64,000 bases of DNA from a virus (taxonomy: Duplodnaviria; Caudoviricetes), in the IMG/VR virus record IMGVR_UViG_3300008259_003073; one strand, given 5' to 3'. Shown here piece by piece: positions 59,048 through 64,000 of the stretch. The position numbers were made by a program, and so were the translations under genes. The notes beneath the pieces were generated by a model, which had not been told where the DNA came from, made no database searches, and saw nothing but the letters and a program-made list of their open reading frames with translations. Numbering within the stretch: the stretch's first letter is position 1; each line of letters opens with the position of its first letter.

Positions 59048-59377
59048 ATGAATTACCTTATTGACCCCCAAAGTTTAGTGTTCAACTCTCATAGAGTTAG
59101 TGGTTTCACCAAAATGGTTGGTGATGAGCATATCCCACAATGGGATTTGTTGGAAGTAGCAACCGAAGTTGCTGAAGAATGGACAGATGATTGGCCTGAA
59201 GACCAAGGATTTGGTTCATCTGATGGAACTTATATGATGAAAGATTTCATCGATAATGTGATTTGGAGATATGCTAGTGGTAGATTGATGACCAAATTTA
59301 CTCCATCACTTTCGATAGTGGAGTATTCGGAAGCCGAATATCACAATAGAGTTCAACGAATGGAAAGCGGACTATAA
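59048..59377 (+). CDS. Acidic hypothetical early protein
   Basis: 109 aa ORF after promoter. Confidence 0.7.
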   Translation: MNYLIDPQSLVFNSHRVSGFTKMVGDEHIPQWDLLEVATEVAEEWTDDWPEDQGFGSSDGTYMMKDFIDNVIWRYASGRLMTKFTPSLSIVEYSEAEYHNRVQRMESGL

Positions 59378-59378
59378 T

Positions 59379-59639
59379 ATGAGAAAGACAGAATTCTTTA
59401 AAAACTATGGTGGAGCATTAGTTGCTATAACCGCCGATGATGCAGAGTATGGTGATTTCCTACTACTTCATCCAGAAGAAATAGAAATGGCAAAAGTATA
59501 TGAAAGTTTAGGTTGTACTATCGTATCCGTACATGAAATGGAAGATGGTGATGATGATATTGATATGAATCAGCCCTGTGATTATGGTAACCAACCATTT
59601 AAAATTGGATACTTTGCATTAGATAACCCAAACTTTTAA
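59379..59639 (+). CDS. Acidic hypothetical early protein
   Basis: 86 aa, 1-nt gap to previous ORF. Confidence 0.7.
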   Translation: MRKTEFFKNYGGALVAITADDAEYGDFLLLHPEEIEMAKVYESLGCTIVSVHEMEDGDDDIDMNQPCDYGNQPFKIGYFALDNPNF

Positions 59640-59661
59640 TTAACCAAATCCCCTAAATTAT

Positions 59662-59877
59662 ATGTATAATTACAGAACTCTCTCTAAATCCCAACTTATC
59701 GAATTGGTAAACGGAATTGAATCCACTCTTTCGAATTCAATCTACACTGCGGAAAAAGAAGCAAAAGAGTATTCCACCGAACTACCATCCCAACTGGCAT
59801 TTGAAGTTGGGTATTTCAAAGGGTATGTTAAAACCGTACTATCTCTAATTGAAGAATACAAAAATTGTTCAAAATAA
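59662..59877 (+). CDS. Hypothetical early protein
   Basis: 71 aa, QLAFEVGYFKG. Confidence 0.7.
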   Translation: MYNYRTLSKSQLIELVNGIESTLSNSIYTAEKEAKEYSTELPSQLAFEVGYFKGYVKTVLSLIEEYKNCSK

Positions 59878-59900
59878 TTTTAAAATATTTTCACAAACCC

Positions 59901-59931
59901 TTGGAATTACGAAAAGTTTTTCGTACATTTA
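59901..59931 (+). promoter_or_regulatory. Early promoter
   Basis: TTG-GAATTACGAAAAGTTTTTCG-TACATTTA. Confidence 0.75.
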
Positions 59932-59969
59932 TAAAGTAATAAGAGATAACCCCTAAAACCCCTAACAAA

Positions 59970-60500
59970 ATGAGTAAGAAAATCAAAATCCAAATCAGTA
60001 ACCAAACTTTCGAACTTCCTTCCAACGCATTGTGGTTCGATAAGTGGAAGAACGAACCATACATCAATATGAATGCGAAGAACACCGCATCTCTTATCAA
60101 ACAATTTGTGAAGAAAAACTTCCCTAATATAAAAGTGTGGGCAACCTCTGATGTATATAGTGGAGGTTCTTCGGTAAGAGTAAATGTTTCCAACTCCGAT
60201 GGTTCATCCGTATCGGAAAAAATTTACAAAGAAATCAAAGGATTTTCAGATTCCTTTAAAGCTGGATACTTCGATGGTATGAGTGATTGTTATGAGTACT
60301 ACGATGAGAAATTAAAAACAGATAATGGTACTTCCTTAAAATCCTTCCCCTCTTATATCTTCGTAGAGAATAAGGCAACTTGGGGTTCGGTAGAGTACTG
60401 GGTAAATGAAATTAAGAACGAGGGTAGAACCTTGGAACAAGAAATTACTTATATGAAAGCTGGTATGAAAGATAAAGTAGTAGCAGCACTTTCTATGTAA
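59970..60500 (+). CDS. LPD29-like (large polyvalent protein-associated domain) protein
   Basis: ASLIKQFVKKNFPNIKV..YSGGSSVRV..GYFDGMSDCY. Confidence 0.7.
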   Translation: MSKKIKIQISNQTFELPSNALWFDKWKNEPYINMNAKNTASLIKQFVKKNFPNIKVWATSDVYSGGSSVRVNVSNSDGSSVSEKIYKEIKGFSDSFKAGYFDGMSDCYEYYDEKLKTDNGTSLKSFPSYIFVENKATWGSVEYWVNEIKNEGRTLEQEITYMKAGMKDKVVAALSM

Positions 60501-60576
60501 TAAATAACGATTAAAACGGTGTAAGACTTCATAGGTAATGAAAGATACTCGAGCAACCGTATAGTTATTTTTTCAA

Positions 60577-60613
60577 TCGGCGGGGGTTGGGGGGCCTCCG
60601 TCGAACTTTTTTT
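60577..60613 (+). terminator. Rho-independent terminator
   Basis: TCGGCGGGGG-TTGGGGGG-CCTCCGTCGA then ACTTTTTTT. Confidence 0.8.
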
Positions 60614-60644
60614 AAGAAAAATTTTTTATATCCCAATTGATAGT

Positions 60645-61280
60645 TTATAACAATTTCACTTTGTTATTTACAACATACTCATAATACTCCCTATCTCCCC
60701 TCATTAAGGTAAGCATCCTCTCCCATTGAATTGGATATTCACTCTTTACCATTTCTACAATCCACTCTTTCGATTTCCAATCTTCAATGTGATGGAAACT
60801 ATATTCATCTTTAATATACTCTATATCCCATCCCAATTTAGCTAGGAACTCCGTAGTTTCCGTAATTTGTAGAATCTTAAACCGTTTGATATTATGGTTC
60901 TTATATAGAAAGTGTATTTTTTTAAAAAATGAACCACTCCAATGAGTAGTACCAGTAGGTGAAGCAAATTCATCCACTATTGAACTCACCTTTTCCGTAT
61001 CCGAGTAGCAACTAACCAATTCCGTATGCAATGCACTTTGTAACCATTCATACGGGTCTCTCACCACTAACCATTCTACACCCTTCCACAAATCGTAATC
61101 CTCAATTCGGGATGGTGTTCCTTCTACCGTTTGTGTAATATCCGATTGTTGGGGTAAACACGATACAATCCGTTCCATGTACCCGACTTGCCGTTCGGCC
61201 GATTTCACACATTTAGAAAAATAACGAGTTCCACATTTTGCGGGTACGGCGATATTCCTATTGAATATCTCTATTACCAT
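60645..61280 (-). CDS. Sulfotransferase-like protein (Sulfotransfer_2-type motifs)
   Basis: VPAKCGTRYF (5'-PSB-like), VVRDPYEWLQSA (3'-PB-like), HW. Confidence 0.7.
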   Translation of the reverse strand: MVIEIFNRNIAVPAKCGTRYFSKCVKSAERQVGYMERIVSCLPQQSDITQTVEGTPSRIEDYDLWKGVEWLVVRDPYEWLQSALHTELVSCYSDTEKVSSIVDEFASPTGTTHWSGSFFKKIHFLYKNHNIKRFKILQITETTEFLAKLGWDIEYIKDEYSFHHIEDWKSKEWIVEMVKSEYPIQWERMLTLMRGDREYYEYVVNNKVKLL

Positions 61281-61399
61281 CTCTTATCCCTTCGAAGTAG
61301 CCAGATGGGAAAGTATATCAACCCAGTCACGATAACTGCTCCTACCCCCAAAAGAATGAGTGTAGAGACCAATGCGAATTTAACCCAGCTTACCATCAT
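61274..61399 (-). CDS. Small single-pass membrane peptide (41 aa)
   Basis: Hand translation MMVSWVKFALVSTLILLGVGAVIVTGLIYFPIWLLRRDKRW*; ATGA overlap with upstream stop. Confidence 0.6.
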   Translation of the reverse strand: MMVSWVKFALVSTLILLGVGAVIVTGLIYFPIWLLRRDKRW

Positions 61400-62352
61400 C
61401 TCCTGCTCATACTTTCAGTTATTCTTCGATTCCTTTCTACATCTCCTATCACCCCATTTAAATCCGCTACCACTTCCGTTACGGCTAGAGATGCACTCAT
61501 AGGTGTAATGGTTTCCGTTACGGTAGTTGAATTCGGTGTTTCCACCACACTAACCGTTTCGGTTTCTTTTCTCACCGATTGTCGTGGTGCAGATTCTTGA
61601 GTATCCTCTGTAGATGCTACCCGATTTTGTATCTGAATCTTACCCTTATTGATTGGTGGTACTCCGTTATAGAATGTATCCTTAATACTATTGAAATCCT
61701 TTCTTAACTCTGTTAACCTCTCACCTAATGACCCCAAAAATTCTTTGAGTTTGGCAGTATCCAATTTGCCATCCTCCTGCGCAGTGGTTACGTTTAGTGC
61801 CTGTATAGAGTATAGAGTATCATCCCCCAAATTCATATCCCATAGAGAATAAGAATCTCCTGGCCGTTGAGCACCTTCCTTTAAAGTGTAGTTCAATTGG
61901 TTAATCAAACCTTTGGGAATTCCCATCTCCATCTCCGTTTCGTAAATGTATTCCACAGATTCAACCCCTGCGTTTAAGATTTTTTGGTCTTGCTCATCTC
62001 CACTCTTCACTAACTTCGATACATCTATCTTTATGATTGGAATGGAACTGCCTATGGGTTTGTTTTTAATCGTGCCGTTTTGTTGGAAATCCCAATGAGG
62101 GTTAGAGGATAATCCGATTCCTACATTAGTTGCTGGTGAAATCAAGTACTTATCATCAATCTGAATCACAATCCCATCAACTTCTAATACTGTATAAATC
62201 GATGAGTTGGGGATTGCCGTTCCTTCGGTTATAGTTATGGGAACAATCTCTCCGTTTACATTACCGTTGGGTGAATCCGAAACAGAGGAAACCAACCAAC
62301 CATCGTTAGTACGAATATATCTGTCTGGGTTTTGTACTGGTCTTACTTCCAT
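61396..62352 (-). CDS. Hypothetical protein
   Basis: 318 aa ORF, T/E-rich tail. Confidence 0.65.
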   Translation of the reverse strand: MEVRPVQNPDRYIRTNDGWLVSSVSDSPNGNVNGEIVPITITEGTAIPNSSIYTVLEVDGIVIQIDDKYLISPATNVGIGLSSNPHWDFQQNGTIKNKPIGSSIPIIKIDVSKLVKSGDEQDQKILNAGVESVEYIYETEMEMGIPKGLINQLNYTLKEGAQRPGDSYSLWDMNLGDDTLYSIQALNVTTAQEDGKLDTAKLKEFLGSLGERLTELRKDFNSIKDTFYNGVPPINKGKIQIQNRVASTEDTQESAPRQSVRKETETVSVVETPNSTTVTETITPMSASLAVTEVVADLNGVIGDVERNRRITESMSRR

Positions 62353-62665
62353 TTTCTTTCTTTGATTTTTTTAAGGAGTTGATGGTTTTCATCGCCTCTC
62401 TATATATAGTTAGTTCGGATATTTTCCTTTTACCCTTACTTCGTTTGATACGGTATAGTTCCCTTTGGAGGGTTTTGTATTCCCCGATTTCAATACATTC
62501 GGTTATGATTTTGTTAATCATCAAGTCGGAACTCATTCTTTTGTAGGTGGATTTATCAACCTCGCTTTTCGAATCCGTTAGAGGGGAAAACCTTACTGCG
62601 TTTGCAATACCTACGGATACTCCGAAATCGTTTGCCGTCTTTAAGTATACTTCCGTTTTTAACAT
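62306..62665 (-). CDS. Basic hypothetical protein
   Basis: 119 aa, Lys/Arg-rich C-terminus. Confidence 0.55.
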   Translation of the reverse strand: MLKTEVYLKTANDFGVSVGIANAVRFSPLTDSKSEVDKSTYKRMSSDLMINKIITECIEIGEYKTLQRELYRIKRSKGKRKISELTIYREAMKTINSLKKSKKENGSKTSTKPRQIYSY

Positions 62666-63064
62666 GCTTCGTTTTTGATTAGTTAATATCTACCTTTCTT
62701 TTCGTTAAGTAAAATGCTCGTGCTTGTCTTGCGAAGTGTGCGTTACCACATCTCGTTAGGTAATCCTCATCTGATTCTCCATCGATTCTAGCACAGGCTC
62801 TCTCAAACACTTTAATCAATAATTCCTTTAGTTTCATACTAATATATATCGAATTAGGTAAAAAGAAATCGGTTCATATAGGGGTTAATGTGTCAACATT
62901 AGTGTCAAAAAAGGGTTCCCACCACAAAAAAAGTCCCCCCGGTATTTAAACGAGTCCGACTGGGTCTTGGAGGGTTCCGCTTTTCCTAGCTACATGAAAC
63001 TCGTCAAACCCCTATTCGGATAACCGTATATTCGGATAGGCAAATATGCGAGTGTGTAGACGTG

Positions 63065-63092
63065 AAAAAACCTGCAGAGTTTCCTCCACAGG
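63065..63092 (-). terminator. Rho-independent terminator with GAAA tetraloop
   Basis: CCTGTGGAG-GAAA-CTCTGCAGG-TTTTTT. Confidence 0.85.
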
Positions 63093-63129
63093 TTGTACGA
63101 ATCTACTAGCTTTGAATGAGTTTTGTATG

Positions 63130-63321
63130 TTAAGCGAATGCCTCTTTGAGTATCCTCATTGCGGTTCGAATTTCGTTTAACCTCTCACTAGCAGCGTACT
63201 TTGGTTTACCATCTCTCATAACCCGAATCCTATTCACTAGGACAGATTCAGCTGACTCTAATACTACGAGGGCTTCATGCCTACGAGTTTCCACTTCTTG
63301 TACTTCTATAAAATTGCTCAT
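63130..63321 (-). CDS. Small hypothetical protein
   Basis: Likely start MSNFIEVQ at 63321 (track start 63354 abuts the terminator). Confidence 0.65.
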   Translation of the reverse strand: MSNFIEVQEVETRRHEALVVLESAESVLVNRIRVMRDGKPKYAASERLNEIRTAMRILKEAFA

Positions 63322-63353
63322 AATTATGTATATTATATTTTGTATGTTTTTCA

Positions 63354-63389
63354 AAAATAAAAAGGTGGGGGCCAGAAACCTCCACCTTT
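63354..63389 (-). terminator. Rho-independent terminator
   Basis: AAAGGTGGAGG-TTTCTGG-CCCCCACCTTT then TTATTTTT. Confidence 0.7.
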
Positions 63390-63459
63390 ATAGGCCTAGC
63401 TCATAGAGTAATAAGAATAGAGTATAAATCGAGAATAACCGTTTATATGAGCTAACCTT

Positions 63460-63501
63460 GAGCAGAGTGGGGAGTCGAACCCCAACTTACCTCTCTCCAC
63501 T
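63460..63501 (-). ncRNA. tRNA-like minihelix (acceptor stem + T arm, no D or anticodon arm)
   Basis: AGTGGAG-AGAGGTAAGT-TGGGG-TTCGACT-CCCCA-CTCTGCT-C. Confidence 0.5.
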
Positions 63502-63674
63502 TACTGTACTGCAGGTTCTACCACAGGGGCTTCAGCAGCGGTAGTATCTACTGTAGTCACTCCGGTAGTATCAGCTGCTACTGCAGTTGAGTCCGTAGTA
63601 CCTTCGGTAGTACCTTTACCTCCACATGCTACCATAAGAGATGCGAGGGCCAAAATTGCGATTACTTTTTTCAT
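63501..63674 (-). CDS. Small lipoprotein (57 aa), Bacteroidota-type
   Basis: Hand translation MKKVIAILALASLMVAC-GGKGTTEGTTDSTAVAADTTGVTTVDTTAAEAPVVEPAVQ*; lipobox MVAC. Confidence 0.85.
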   Translation of the reverse strand: MKKVIAILALASLMVACGGKGTTEGTTDSTAVAADTTGVTTVDTTAAEAPVVEPAVQ

Positions 63675-63740
63675 CTTTCTTTTGTTTGTGTAGTGAGTCC
63701 GTTGATATAGGTGGTACTCTTTGCCTATCTTATTGTGGTA

Positions 63741-63771
63741 TAAATATACGAAATAATTTCCATTATTCCAA
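63741..63771 (-). promoter_or_regulatory. Primary-sigma promoter with overlapping late motif
   Basis: TTG-N20-TATATTTA; ATATTTATA at 63739-63747. Confidence 0.7.
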
Positions 63772-63784
63772 GTACTTTCAAAAA

Positions 63785-64000
63785 TTAATGTCCAAGGGTA
63801 CGATTTACGTTATCTAGGTATATACCATCTATCTTGGGTTGGCTCTGGTTACTTAACCAACTACTAGCCTGTTGTTCCAGCTCTATGGCTGCCTCCATAT
63901 CCTTATGTAGGGCGGCTACTCCCTTAACTGCCTGGTATCCGTTAACTCGTAGTGCCTTCTTCTCTAGCTTCTCTCTTTCGAATGTGGAGATAAATCGGTA
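63785..64000 (-). CDS. Hypothetical protein, 5' end outside window
   Basis: Open frame ..YRFISTFEREKLEKKALRVNG..VNRTLGH* from window edge. Confidence 0.55.
   Translation of the reverse strand, partial: YRFISTFEREKLEKKALRVNGYQAVKGVAALHKDMEAAIELEQQASSWLSNQSQPKIDGIYLDNVNRTLGH

Noticed and set aside
59891-60193. Minus-strand ORFs of 100 and 65 aa with hydrophobic stretches
   Set aside because: Antisense to the LPD29-like gene and overlapping its promoter; the hydrophobicity reflects the A-rich sense strand
61188-61502. Plus-strand 104-aa ORF
   Set aside because: It overlaps three tightly coupled minus-strand genes and has no promoter or recognisable motif
63440-63540. Full-length tRNA gene
   Set aside because: Only T arm and acceptor-like stem are present; no D or anticodon arm, and the upstream sequence is lipoprotein coding region
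1-64000. CRISPR array or mini-array
   Set aside because: No equally spaced 25-40 bp repeats with unique spacers were seen; the repeats found are coding repeats, promoters or 10-bp operators
1-64000. Stop-codon reassignment (alternative genetic code)
   Set aside because: Genes are long, intact and tightly packed under the standard bacterial code; I saw no conserved domain broken by TAG or TGA
1-64000. Eukaryotic giant-virus (NCLDV) origin suggested by GT7, Mre11-Rad50 fusion and glycan genes
   Set aside because: Contractile-tail baseplate genes, a sigma factor, peptide deformylase, a lipoprotein, rho-independent terminators and Bacteroidota promoters indicate a bacteriophage

Overview
This 64 kb window looks like part of a large, AT-rich, lytic dsDNA phage genome with a contractile tail (jumbo-myovirus-like). 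The host is most likely in Bacteroidota: ten TTG-N20-TAnnTT(T/G/A)N promoters match the Bacteroidota primary-sigma -33/-7 type, and there is a Bacteroidota-style lipoprotein. Almost all genes are on the minus strand. Left to right: (1) 1-13.8 kb, a glycan-modification locus with an NDP-sugar epimerase, a radical SAM enzyme, three GT7 glycosyltransferases each split by an inserted LamG domain, GT2/92-, GT4- and GT10-like transferases, a methyltransferase and an SGNH-like protein; (2) a 1746-aa tail fibre with an S74 chaperone domain and a divergent ribbon-helix-helix regulator; (3) a fused Mre11-Rad50, a primase and a T7-type endonuclease I; (4) baseplate and structural genes (gp6-, gp25-, gp5-, gp7/gpI-like, DNRLRE); (5) carbamoyltransferase, gp55-like late sigma factor, peptide deformylase, UvsE, Hsp20 and an HD protein; (6) a tailoring-enzyme cluster whose members share a basic-Leu-aliphatic C-terminus, surrounding a circularly permuted ATP-grasp-like protein fused to three tandem Hint domains; (7) a small plus-strand early-gene island and a more GC-rich end containing a lipoprotein gene followed by a tRNA-minihelix-like RNA. 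The best candidate for a new system is the ATP-grasp/triple-Hint protein. Its outer Hint domains have lost exactly the outward-facing catalytic residues, so all four junctions flanking the spacer peptides AP and LRPPS remain potentially cleavable. All family assignments come from reading motifs by eye; no database search was run.
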